A stretch of 64,000 bases of DNA from Candidatus Hydrogenedentota bacterium. GTDB lineage: Bacteria > Hydrogenedentota > Hydrogenedentia > Hydrogenedentales > SLHB01. Shown here one piece after another: positions 55,025-64,000 of the stretch. Made by a program: the position numbers and the translations under genes. The DNA lies in NCBI GenBank assembly GCA_963745075.1, contig CAVUWV010000019.1:32001-96000 (forward strand). The letters are read 5' to 3'. The notes under the pieces are model-generated. The model was not told the DNA's origin and did not search any database. It saw only the letters and a program-made list of their open reading frames with translations. Within the stretch, counting starts at the first letter, position 1. Every line of letters begins with the position of its first letter.

Positions 55025-56703
55025 CCGAGGTACTTTACGGAAATCATCGTGCAGTCATCGTGAGGCAGTACGGGCGCGCAATAGGCTAGCACGTTCTCGT
55101 TCACGCAGTCGATTAGCTGCCGCGGCGTATTGCGCTGGCATCCGAGCACCACGTCGCACAAGCGATCCATGCCAAACTCTTCGAAATCGGAATCGCCGGA
55201 CGGTTGCGTGTGGGTGGCGCGCGCCTCGACGATACCGTCCGTAAACAATAGCATCATATCGCCGGGCTCGGCGTCAGTCTCGCTGTCTTCCCAGGGGACG
55301 TCCGGCAGGATACCGGCGGGAGGGCCGCTCGCGTCACCGAAAACCCGCACGCCCTTGCCGACGCCGATGACCGGATGATGCCCGGCATTGGCAACACGGA
55401 CCTTCCCCGAATCCAGGTCCAGCACAAGATAACACAACGTGCAAAATGTGCCGCTCGGACTGGAATCCACGAGGCTCCGGTTCAGGTCGCGCAGGACCGC
55501 TGCGGGCGAATCCAGGTTGCGTGCCGAGATGCGGAACTCGGCCAGGAGTTGCGCCATGGTTAGTGCCGCCGGCACGCCTTTCCCGCTCACGTCCCCGATT
55601 AAGATCCCGATGCGCGTATCGCCCACCTGCACGAAGTCGTAGAAATCGCCGCCGACGGTCTTGGCCGGCCGCGTTTCGCCGTAGACCTGGTATCGGCTGT
55701 GCGTCTCGGGCCACTGGCGAACCAGAAATCCCTCCTGGATGGTCCAGGCGTGTTGGATTTCCTGGTCGATGCGTTGTTTGTCCAGGATCTGGCTGTGCAT
55801 GGTCGCGTTCTCGAGTGCGAGCCCCGCGCTGTTCCCTACAGCCGTCGTCAGCAACATGTCTTCATGGCTGTACTGGTGGCCGGCGCGGTCGGTGTCGATG
55901 TAGAGAATGCCGAAGATTCCGAACTTGCCCCGCAGCGGGACGCAAATGATGGAGCGCAACTTCAACGACATGATGCTCTCGGCGATGTTTAGCTCGCTGT
56001 CGCGGTCGGAGTCCTGGAAGAGCAGACTCTCGCCCCGTTCGAGCACGCGATGGGCGATGGTGCTGCTGATGTGGAATTCCCGTTCGTCGACGTGCTGCAC
56101 CTTCTTACCCTGAATGACGTGGTAGCGAGCGCATACGGGGCAGGGTTTGAGTTCCATCTTGTCTTCGCCGGCAAAGACGATGGCGCCGCGCTGGGCGTCA
56201 ATTGCGCGCATGGTAGTCTCGAGGATCCGGTCGACCAGCGGGCAGGGTTCGAAGTTGGAGGCGATCTCGTTCATGACCGAGTACACTGCGCGCAGCAGGT
56301 GCTCCGCGCGTTCTTCGCGCTCGCCGGGGGCCTCGATGCCGGTCTCCTGCTGCCAGTCGACCATCGTTTCTTTGAAGATGGTCGTGGTGTCCTCGGTCTC
56401 CTCGGCGGGCACGTCTTCCAGCTCGAAACGCATGACCGTCTCGCCGACTTGCAGTTCGTCCCCGTTGGTCAGGACGCCTTCGAGCATGGCCCGGCCGTTC
56501 ATGCGGGTGCCGTTGGTGCTTCCCAGGTCCTTCCACTGAAACCGGCCGTCCGTAGTCGTGATCTGAACGTGCTTGCGCGAGGCCGCTGAGTCGTCGATGA
56601 CATAGCCGCAGTCCACGGCACGACCCAGCGTCAGCGAAGGCCCGACGGGCACCCGCCGCTCCTCCCCAAGACTGGTCCGGCAAATGAGATAACCACGCAG
56701 CAC
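55021..56703 (-). CDS. FHA - GAF - SpoIIE/RsbU PP2C phosphatase
   Basis: FHA (GR, SRKH, DLGSTNGT), GAF (RSIICVPL, GILYID), PP2C (GGDFYD, GDVSGKG, NAGH, TDGIVE, DDCT). Confidence 0.92.
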   Translation of the reverse strand: MLRGYLICRTSLGEERRVPVGPSLTLGRAVDCGYVIDDSAASRKHVQITTTDGRFQWKDLGSTNGTRMNGRAMLEGVLTNGDELQVGETVMRFELEDVPAEETEDTTTIFKETMVDWQQETGIEAPGEREERAEHLLRAVYSVMNEIASNFEPCPLVDRILETTMRAIDAQRGAIVFAGEDKMELKPCPVCARYHVIQGKKVQHVDEREFHISSTIAHRVLERGESLLFQDSDRDSELNIAESIMSLKLRSIICVPLRGKFGIFGILYIDTDRAGHQYSHEDMLLTTAVGNSAGLALENATMHSQILDKQRIDQEIQHAWTIQEGFLVRQWPETHSRYQVYGETRPAKTVGGDFYDFVQVGDTRIGILIGDVSGKGVPAALTMAQLLAEFRISARNLDSPAAVLRDLNRSLVDSSPSGTFCTLCYLVLDLDSGKVRVANAGHHPVIGVGKGVRVFGDASGPPAGILPDVPWEDSETDAEPGDMMLLFTDGIVEARATHTQPSGDSDFEEFGMDRLCDVVLGCQRNTPRQLIDCVNENVLAYCAPVLPHDDCTMISVKYLG

Positions 56704-56820
56704 GAAACGCTCTCCCAGTCGTCACGACCCCCGGGAATACTAGCGTCTTGCCGAATCACAAGGCAAACGACCGATTCTTCGGCATGCCCCCACTGCGACC
56801 CGGCGCCTCACCTGCACCAT

Positions 56821-56852
56821 GATTGGACGGATCGGACCGATCGGTCCGATCG
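56821..56852. repeat. 9-bp period repeat, second locus
   Basis: gatt ggacggatc ggaccgatc ggtccgatc. Confidence 0.7.
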
Positions 56853-56974
56853 TAAGTGCGGGGATGCCCCTGTCAAATCCGCGCCCCTGACGTTGACGGA
56901 GCCGGCAGGGTCGCATAAACTCGGGTTTCGTATTCGCTGCGAGCCGGTTTTCAGATCAACAAGGAGCCAAACCC

Positions 56975-58801
56975 ATGATCCGAATTCTCTTGTGCACGAT
57001 GTTCGCTTGCCTGATCCCGGCAATGGGTTGGACGGAATCCGCCACCGTGATGCAGAAGGTGGACACGGAGCCGAAACCATGGACGCATCTGAACCTCAAT
57101 AACGATCCCGACAACTTTCAGTTCGCCATCGTGACGGACCGGACGGGCGGTCACCGGCCGGGTGTGTTTATGGACGGGGTGCGCAAGCTCAACCTGCTCC
57201 AGCCCGAATTTGTGGTGAGCGTAGGGGATTTGATTGAGGGGTACACGGAAGACCAAGGCGAACTGGACCGGGAATGGACGGAATTCAACGGGTTGGTGGG
57301 CCAACTCGACATGCCCTTCTTCTACGTGCCGGGCAATCACGACATCAGCAACGAGGTCATGGCGCAGGAATGGACCAAGCGTTTCGGCAGGCACTACTAC
57401 CATTTTGTGTATCGCAACGTGCTGTTCCTGTGCCTCGACAGCGAAGATCCGCCCGATACGCACATGAGTGATGAACAGATCGCCTACGTGGAAAAGGCCC
57501 TGGCCGACAACCCCGACGTGCGATGGACCGTCGTGCTGCTGCACAAGCCCCTTTGGAATTACGACAAGAGTTCCGGCTGGCCCGAAATCGAATCAGCGCT
57601 GGCGGGGCGGAAGTACAGCGTCTTTGCGGGGCATACGCACACGTTCAACAAGAGCACGCGCAACGACGCGAACTACATTGTCCTCGCCACGATGGGAGGC
57701 GGGAGCCAACTCCGGGGCGTCAATTTCGGCGAATTCGACCATTTCCTTTGGGTCACCATGACGGACCAGGGGCCGATTATCGCGAGCCTGATGCTCGACG
57801 GTATTTGGGACAGCAACGTCGTCACGGAAGAGCGGATGGGACTCATCCGGCCCGCGCTCGGCGGCGCCCTTGTCCGGACCAACGGGATCATTCTCGATCA
57901 ACCCACCATGGAGAAGGCCGAAACCAAGCTCCGGTTGACCAACGACGCAGACGTACCATTGAACCTGAAGGTACGAATCGAAGCCACCGATGCCTTGCGG
58001 CCCTCGGTCGATGCTTTTGAGCGAGTGGTGCCGCCAAACTCGGTCGAGCAAGTCGATCTCGCGCTGCTGGCCGACGCGCCGACGCCGGTGGATTCGCTCA
58101 ACCCGGTGGTGGTGGATTGGACGGCGCGCTACGAGTTGGAGGGGAACGTTCAACCCGTCATCGTAAGCGGCCAGCATCGGATCGTCATCGACAAGCAGTT
58201 TGACCTTCCGGCCGCCGATGCGCCGATTACGGTGGATGGCGATCTCGCCGATTGGGCCGCGCTGCCTATCGAGGTCCGGGAACCGGGGCAGGTCATCGAA
58301 ACGCAGGATTCCTGGCACGGCCGGACAGATGCTTCCTGGCGGTTCGGAGTGGTTCACGACAACGAGTTCATTTACGTGGGAATTCGTGTTGACGACGACG
58401 AAGTCCGCCGGGACAAAAAGCATGATTACAAGCGGCAGGACAGTGTCGAGATCCGCCTGGACGGACGCCCTGCCGACCAGCGCGATGCGGGTCCTTACGC
58501 TGATTTCGAAAACGATCTCCTCTTCGCGGTCATCCCCGGGCAGGATCCCACCGCGCTTCCTGGTTTGGACCGGCTTCCGGAAGGCAGCCGCGCCGCCGCG
58601 CAACCGATTGATGGCGGGTATGCGGTCGAGGTCGCGATTCCCATGGCCTACGTGGCGTCATTGCAGGGTGAGAGTTGGAATTCGGTACGCCTGAATGTCG
58701 TGGTGAACGATTTCGACGCGGACGGCAGCGCTCATCTCTGGTGGCGCCCGTATTGGACCAGCCCGGCCAACTACGCGGAGTCCGGCATATTTGCGCGGTA
58801 A
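56975..58801 (+). CDS. Secreted calcineurin-like metallophosphoesterase with C-terminal CBM9/DOMON-like domain
   Basis: Signal peptide; TDRTG, GDLIEG, PGNHD, HKP, AGHTH; PITVDGDLADW, DSVEI, EVAIP. Confidence 0.85.
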   Translation: MIRILLCTMFACLIPAMGWTESATVMQKVDTEPKPWTHLNLNNDPDNFQFAIVTDRTGGHRPGVFMDGVRKLNLLQPEFVVSVGDLIEGYTEDQGELDREWTEFNGLVGQLDMPFFYVPGNHDISNEVMAQEWTKRFGRHYYHFVYRNVLFLCLDSEDPPDTHMSDEQIAYVEKALADNPDVRWTVVLLHKPLWNYDKSSGWPEIESALAGRKYSVFAGHTHTFNKSTRNDANYIVLATMGGGSQLRGVNFGEFDHFLWVTMTDQGPIIASLMLDGIWDSNVVTEERMGLIRPALGGALVRTNGIILDQPTMEKAETKLRLTNDADVPLNLKVRIEATDALRPSVDAFERVVPPNSVEQVDLALLADAPTPVDSLNPVVVDWTARYELEGNVQPVIVSGQHRIVIDKQFDLPAADAPITVDGDLADWAALPIEVREPGQVIETQDSWHGRTDASWRFGVVHDNEFIYVGIRVDDDEVRRDKKHDYKRQDSVEIRLDGRPADQRDAGPYADFENDLLFAVIPGQDPTALPGLDRLPEGSRAAAQPIDGGYAVEVAIPMAYVASLQGESWNSVRLNVVVNDFDADGSAHLWWRPYWTSPANYAESGIFAR

Positions 58802-58809
58802 AAAGTGAG

Positions 58810-58831
58810 GGGGACGCCTTCCGGCGTCCCC
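58810..58831. terminator. Hairpin between convergent genes
   Basis: GGGGACGCC-TTCC-GGCGTCCCC. Confidence 0.6.
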
Positions 58832-58875
58832 TGAAATCCGAGCAGCACTATCGTGGCTGAGTGTTCTTGGAGGAG

Positions 58876-59478
58876 TTAGTTGGAGGCGTCCAGGAACCAG
58901 ACGATGACGTCCGCACGCCGGTCTTCTTCGCGGTGCTGCGGGCTGTGGACGGCCTGGGTTTCGCCGTTGGTCGTTGTGGTGATGCGGTCCGCGTCGATTC
59001 CCTGCTTGACGAGGAAGCTCTTGACGGCTTCCGCGCGGCGTTTCCCGAGCTTCATATTGTATTCATTGCTGGCCAGGTCGCAGCAGTTCCCTTCGATGCG
59101 CACCTTGTCGCCGGAATGCTCCTTCATGTAGGCGGCAACCTTCTTCGCCGTCTCGACGCCGGCGGGCTTCAACACCGACTTGTCGAGGTCGAAAAAGATG
59201 GGGGCGAACTCGGGCGCAATCCGCATGACCGGTTCGGGGATTTCCGCCTTCGCGAATTTAAGGTAATTGCCGAAAGACACGCGACGCTGATTCCAATTGA
59301 CCGAATCGGCGCTGGCGAACTGGGCCGGCGTGTAGTCACAGCCATGCTGGTCCTGAATGTCGTCGCTACTGCAAGACTCCTTCGTGCAGCAGGAGGAACA
59401 GGCAGCCCACGCGGCCGGTCCGGCGAGGGCCAATGACAGGGCAAGGGCGACTGTCAGCATACGAATGGTGGCGTTCAT
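58876..59478 (-). CDS. OmpA-like peptidoglycan-binding domain protein
   Basis: Signal peptide; IFFDLDKS.L, IEG, YNMKLGKRRAEAV, GE..., RRADV. Confidence 0.88.
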   Translation of the reverse strand: MNATIRMLTVALALSLALAGPAAWAACSSCCTKESCSSDDIQDQHGCDYTPAQFASADSVNWNQRRVSFGNYLKFAKAEIPEPVMRIAPEFAPIFFDLDKSVLKPAGVETAKKVAAYMKEHSGDKVRIEGNCCDLASNEYNMKLGKRRAEAVKSFLVKQGIDADRITTTTNGETQAVHSPQHREEDRRADVIVWFLDASN

Positions 59479-59625
59479 TGAAGAATCTCCTCAGTGATGC
59501 ACACGGGTTTGGATAGGGGCATACCTCGAATCCGTTTCCCGCGGACAAGATACACGCCTAGTTGACACAGTATACTTGATCCTGTAAAGAGTTGTCGAGC
59601 GGATTCTTAATCGAATCAGAAATTA

Positions 59626-59654
59626 TTGACAGATTGACGCCGGTCCGGTATCAT
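59626..59654 (+). promoter_or_regulatory. Putative sigma70 promoter of the TPR gene
   Basis: TTGACA-17 bp-TATCAT. Confidence 0.6.
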
Positions 59655-59742
59655 TCGTAGCGAGGTTTTCGCGCGCTGGATGACAGGTATCCTTCCGCGC
59701 GATTTCTGCTTACGCTCCGGTCCATACAGGAGAATCGACACC

Positions 59743-60555
59743 ATGAGCACGCGCCTTTCCGTCTGGGTGACGATCGCGATCGCCGGTCTCGTCGCGTGGC
59801 CCGCGACCGCCGGTGAATTGAACCTTTGGATTTCCTACCACTATCAGGGCGTCGATACGTATGAAGCGGGCAAGTATCGCGACGCCGAAACGCTTCTCAC
59901 AAAAGCCGAGGGTGAAACGTGCAACGAATTCCGTCTTGCGTTCACGCTCGATGAAAAGGGCATGACGTATCTGGCGCTGGGTCAATACAGCGACGCCGAG
60001 GCGTGCCTGGAAAAGGCGTTGTGCTTGCGGGAAGACGAGTGCGGCGAAGATAGCCGTTTCATTCCGACGACGTTGAACAACCTCGCCGATTTGCATTACG
60101 TGGCCGGCGACCAGTCGCAGGTAGAGCCCCTGTACCGTCGGGCGCTCGAAATCAACAAACAGGACCCGTACAGCATCGAAGTCGGTCGCAGCCTGAACGG
60201 GCTGGCCCTGGTGGCGAATGACGCCGGGGACGCAGTCGAGGCGGAGAACCTCCTCAAGCGCGCGATTCGCATTCACATGATGGGCGGCCGCAGTGAACAT
60301 CCGTATATGGCCACGGCGCTCATCAATCTCGCCGCGCTGTACACGAGTCAGGGCCGTTACGACGAGGCGGCGCCGCTGCTTCGCCGGGCCAAGCACATTC
60401 AGGATACCGTGTTGGGCGACGATCATCCCGACGTGGCCGTACGGCTCCAGGCCGAAGCCGCGTATTTGCTGGGCACCGGACACATCGAAGAAGCCCGGGT
60501 CGCCCAGAACCGCGCCGAAGCGATCGAGGCGCATTTCGCGGAAGTGAACAAGTAG
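59743..60555 (+). CDS. Secreted TPR (kinesin-light-chain-like) repeat protein
   Basis: Signal peptide; TLNNLA.L, SLNGLAL, ALINLAALY..QGRYDEA.PL; RBS AGGAG. Confidence 0.85.
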   Translation: MSTRLSVWVTIAIAGLVAWPATAGELNLWISYHYQGVDTYEAGKYRDAETLLTKAEGETCNEFRLAFTLDEKGMTYLALGQYSDAEACLEKALCLREDECGEDSRFIPTTLNNLADLHYVAGDQSQVEPLYRRALEINKQDPYSIEVGRSLNGLALVANDAGDAVEAENLLKRAIRIHMMGGRSEHPYMATALINLAALYTSQGRYDEAAPLLRRAKHIQDTVLGDDHPDVAVRLQAEAAYLLGTGHIEEARVAQNRAEAIEAHFAEVNK

Positions 60556-60588
60556 ACCCGCAGGGGTATGGCAGGAGAGGGTTCGCAG

Positions 60589-60626
60589 GAAGGCCGCTCC
60601 CGGCGTAAGTGCCGGGAGCGGCCTTC
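60589..60626. terminator. 16-bp perfect hairpin between convergent genes
   Basis: GAAGGCCGCTCCCGGC-GTAAGT-GCCGGGAGCGGCCTTC. Confidence 0.7.
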
Positions 60627-60632
60627 GTCATT

Positions 60633-63600
60633 TCAGTATTGCGTTACGCCCTCTTCGCGCAAACGCGCCATACTTCGGTTCTCGCCCGCGATGAGCCTTA
60701 ATCTGTCGTAGGCCCAGGAGAATTCGACGTTGTTGAATCGGCGGGTTTCGACGGCGGTCCGGAACCAGCGAACGGCGTCCTCGTACCGCTCCTGGTGGGC
60801 GCACAAGATTCCCAGATAGCAGGCAGTCTCGCATACCTGGTCGGGATTGGTCGGGAGATCGTATGCTCTTTCTTCGGGGGACAGCCCGACAAGGATACGG
60901 CTCAACTCCAGGTAGTAATCGTTGCCAGCGCCGTTGAGATACGTGACAAGGTCCTGGTAGTGCGGATCGTTCTCCGGACCAACGTAGGCATCGGCGGCGG
61001 CCCGAAACAACCAGATAAGTTGACCGTAGGGAATGGCGTTGGGGTTCTCATACACATCCCAGAGCAGTTCATGATTCTTGCCGCCCAGAATGGTGGGCGC
61101 GACGGCATAAGGATTCCGCTTCGGCAAGGTTGTACGAATCCACTCCAGACCCTCTTCCTGCCGGTCCAGTTGATCGAAAAACTCATAGGCGATGATCGGC
61201 ACATCGAGCCTGCCCGGATCTTTCTCGAATCCTCGCCGGCACAACTTAATCGCCACAGCCGGCAAGTCGTTTTTGCTTAGATTCGAGATCAACGCGTAAA
61301 AACCGTCCCATTCGAGGCCGGCGCCGATGAGATTCGTTCCGATACTCTGAAGCCGGGAAGGGCTGGTTCCAACCGTCTCGATCAGCGCGGGCCAAACGAG
61401 CGTCCGGTAGTCTCCGTACCCCAGCACGTTCACGTCGTCAATGATCGCGCGCGTGGCCTCGTCATCGTGCCCGAACGTCCAGTACACCCGCAGCATGACG
61501 GTCAGCGCCAGCGGCGTTGCCGGGAAACGGTCCACCACGAACTGGCCGGCCTTTAGTGCCTCCGGTTCGAGACCCAGTTTGGCCAACGCCCGCGCCCGCA
61601 ATCCGGCGACTTTAAAGGCGGCGCTGGCATTCACGGGCATGATCGCGTCCAGGGCCTTTTTGTACTGGCCCTCGGAGAAGTACGTTTCCCCGACGTTGCT
61701 GTACGCGTAGATTTGTTCGAGACCAAAGGTCTGCACGTCCCGGTCCAGCCAGGACCGCATTACTTGTCGGGCATCCGCGTAGCGTTCACGCTGGAAAAGG
61801 TAATCGTAGTAGGCCTCGTAGACGACCCACTCTTCGGAAAACTGTTCGATCAGCTGCGCGTAGTCGCCGCTGAGATCTTGACCGTTATCGCCATCCAGAT
61901 TCGCAAGATAACCGAGAATCTTGGTTTTGACATAGGGGGTCGCGTGATCCATGGCGAAGAACTCGTGCAGCTTCGTGCGGTCGCCGCTGTACGAGGCGAA
62001 CCACGCCGCGCTGGCGAGGTTTGCCGGGGAGACCTCCTCCAATGCGCTCGTATACAACCGTTCGAGTAGAACCGAATCGTCGAGCACGGTGAACACCTTG
62101 TCACCCAGGATCATCCGTCCACGCGGACGGGTGTCGAGCCGTGAGGCGAGGAATTCGACGCATTCGAGATTCTCGGGGCGACCGTAGGGATATCGTCCCT
62201 CCATGGCGTCGTAAGCAGTCTCCAAACCGTCTGTGCCGATGTGCGGCAGACCTTTCAGCACGTCCATATAGGCGCGCGGCGCGCGGGTTCCCTGTTTCAG
62301 GTCCAGCAACCCTTGGAACCACGGCCCGGCCATTTCAGCGAAGGTGCCCTGGAACTGGGTCAGGTAATCGGCCAGTGCTTTGGAGGAAGGCAAATCGACC
62401 GACCGGTACAGGAGGTACATCCCCTGCTCCACTAACCCGGAGATGAAACAGCCCTGATAGAAACCCGTTACCGCTTCGGCGTCAAGCACCGGACCCGTGA
62501 ACGCGCTCCCTGCGTCCCCCTCGTAGACGCGCATTTGACGTGCCAGCACGACCGGGTCCTTTTGCAGTAGTTCGAGCGGGTCGGGGCCGACCGACGCCCG
62601 GTGGATGTCGAAGGGAATCTTACCCACCAACTGGCCGAAGCCGAGCGTGGATACGGCCGGCAACGCCTGGGATAACTGGTCGAGCGTAACGTACGCACGG
62701 CTCGCAAGGGCCGCCTTCGTAACCGGCAAGGCCATCGACGAGTCCTTCGTGGTCAGTCGTCCGGCGTATTCGAGCGTTTGCTGACTATTGTTAGAATACC
62801 CGAGGCTCTCCAGGCAGAGAAACTTGCCCAAAGGCGTCAGTGAGGAATCGTCCCTTCGCTCTCGGAGTTTCGTGTATTCCAGCGAGACCATCTGTCGCAC
62901 GGGGTCGTCTGTGTCCAAGACCTGCGCAACCGCGCGCGCGTGATTGGCGTAGCCCAACTCGGCGGCGAGCAGCGCTTCGTAACGCGGCGATGGAGCCTGG
63001 TCCGACGCCTTCGCCAGCGCCAGGAAGGCCAACGCCCGCGTCTGTAAGCCCGTGTACGCGCCCAGGGAATCAAGTTGCTGGACCGCCCAGAGCGTGTACA
63101 TCCGCGCCGCCGCGTCCAGGAGCCGGGAATCGGGTCCGTACGTGGTCCAGGCCTCGTTGATCTTCACCCCGGCTTCGCAAAGATGGTACGGCGAGAAGCC
63201 GTCAATGGCGTCGTCAATCTTTGCCAGCGCCGTCGAGGGTACGCGATTCTCGAAGGCCACGCCCTGCGCGGCAAGGCGGTTGCCGGCCCAGCCTTCCAGC
63301 AAGTTCATGCCGTCTGCGAAACTCGGGAATTCGGGCAGCGTGCCCACGATCGCACCCTCGTATGCCACCTCCCAATGGTCCTCGACGAACCGAGCTTCAA
63401 CCGAGCCGGCCGTCTTGCCAGAGATGAACAAGGGAATTCGGCCCACGGCCTCGACAAAGCGAAGGTCCGGACGGAGCCGGTAGCGATTGGCAATCGCATC
63501 TTGAAGGGATCGGAGCGAAATGTTTTGTTGTTCCGACAGCTTCGCAGTGGGCGTGGCAGGAACGGTTTGTTGTGCCGGGGCAGGCTGTGGAGGGGGCTGT

Positions 63601-63704
63601 TGCCTGGATTTCGAGAAGGGGATGGGAATATAGCAACTAAGAGAAACGAAAGAGAATGTGGCGACTAACGTCACGGCCGAGCACGCGCGAGCGGATACTT
63701 TCAT
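60633..63704 (-). CDS. Large alpha-helical/TPR putative lipoprotein
   Basis: Start MKVSAR after AAGGGGG; hydrophobic stretch ending VSLSC; Pro/Gln linker; TPR-like helices in the C-terminal half. Confidence 0.65.
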   Translation of the reverse strand: MKVSARACSAVTLVATFSFVSLSCYIPIPFSKSRQQPPPQPAPAQQTVPATPTAKLSEQQNISLRSLQDAIANRYRLRPDLRFVEAVGRIPLFISGKTAGSVEARFVEDHWEVAYEGAIVGTLPEFPSFADGMNLLEGWAGNRLAAQGVAFENRVPSTALAKIDDAIDGFSPYHLCEAGVKINEAWTTYGPDSRLLDAAARMYTLWAVQQLDSLGAYTGLQTRALAFLALAKASDQAPSPRYEALLAAELGYANHARAVAQVLDTDDPVRQMVSLEYTKLRERRDDSSLTPLGKFLCLESLGYSNNSQQTLEYAGRLTTKDSSMALPVTKAALASRAYVTLDQLSQALPAVSTLGFGQLVGKIPFDIHRASVGPDPLELLQKDPVVLARQMRVYEGDAGSAFTGPVLDAEAVTGFYQGCFISGLVEQGMYLLYRSVDLPSSKALADYLTQFQGTFAEMAGPWFQGLLDLKQGTRAPRAYMDVLKGLPHIGTDGLETAYDAMEGRYPYGRPENLECVEFLASRLDTRPRGRMILGDKVFTVLDDSVLLERLYTSALEEVSPANLASAAWFASYSGDRTKLHEFFAMDHATPYVKTKILGYLANLDGDNGQDLSGDYAQLIEQFSEEWVVYEAYYDYLFQRERYADARQVMRSWLDRDVQTFGLEQIYAYSNVGETYFSEGQYKKALDAIMPVNASAAFKVAGLRARALAKLGLEPEALKAGQFVVDRFPATPLALTVMLRVYWTFGHDDEATRAIIDDVNVLGYGDYRTLVWPALIETVGTSPSRLQSIGTNLIGAGLEWDGFYALISNLSKNDLPAVAIKLCRRGFEKDPGRLDVPIIAYEFFDQLDRQEEGLEWIRTTLPKRNPYAVAPTILGGKNHELLWDVYENPNAIPYGQLIWLFRAAADAYVGPENDPHYQDLVTYLNGAGNDYYLELSRILVGLSPEERAYDLPTNPDQVCETACYLGILCAHQERYEDAVRWFRTAVETRRFNNVEFSWAYDRLRLIAGENRSMARLREEGVTQY

Positions 63705-63879
63705 TATGACCCCCCTTGGACTCTGTGGCGACCACCGTACGTTGGTGCTGTGTGGTAGTCTGTGCACTATGCAGTCCCAACGCCACGTATTATACCACGC
63801 AATTCCACGGCGGAATTGCGATTTGGCGGGAATCCCGCCGTATGGCACAATGGTGCCGACTAACCACGAGGAGCCAACC

Positions 63880-64000
63880 ATGTCCCATGAGAATGCCATG
63901 ACCCGACGCACCGCCATGTCCACCCTTGCCGCGGGAGCCGCCGGTTCTCTGCTGGCCGCGAACGCAGAAGCCCAGAACGATACGGCCGCCGCGCCGTTGA
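63880..64000 (+). CDS. Tat-exported protein, N-terminal fragment (runs off window)
   Basis: RBS GAGGAG; MSHENAMTRRTAMSTLAAGAAGSLLAANAEA-Q. Confidence 0.7.
   Translation, partial: MSHENAMTRRTAMSTLAAGAAGSLLAANAEAQNDTAAAPL

Overview
GC-rich bacterial chromosomal window from a diderm (hldE, Mla/MCE, OmpA). It mixes planctomycete-type DUF1501/PSD1 genes with Firmicute-like gene orders, which is compatible with Candidatus Hydrogenedentota or a similar lineage (inference, not tested). Housekeeping blocks are smg-topA-xerC-(TPR)-hslV and L20 leader-infC-rpmI-rplT-hisA-tyrA-tmk-holB-ricT-tatD. Accessory genes include secreted carbohydrate enzymes (GH95-, GH116- and MGH1/GH63-like, an AGE-family protein), a decayed VapBC module, SulP, a TPM pair and TPR proteins. 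Best candidates for undescribed systems: (1) a tightly coupled operon in which an FHA-GAF-PP2C phosphatase, an RsbW-like kinase and a phospho-acceptor STAS protein lead directly into mlaE-mlaF-mlaD-pqiC, with no sigma factor, followed by a PilZ protein and a LysM amidase; (2) a divergent pair of predicted c-di-GMP receptors, a PilZ-TM-L,D-transpeptidase and a coiled-coil-MshEN protein. Also seen: a stand-alone PilC-N-terminus-like microprotein, a sigma54 promoter, an NrdR-like box, several short intergenic repeat families, and three +1 frameshifts that are probably assembly errors. No tRNA, rRNA, CRISPR array or transposase was seen. All family calls are by motif recognition only.
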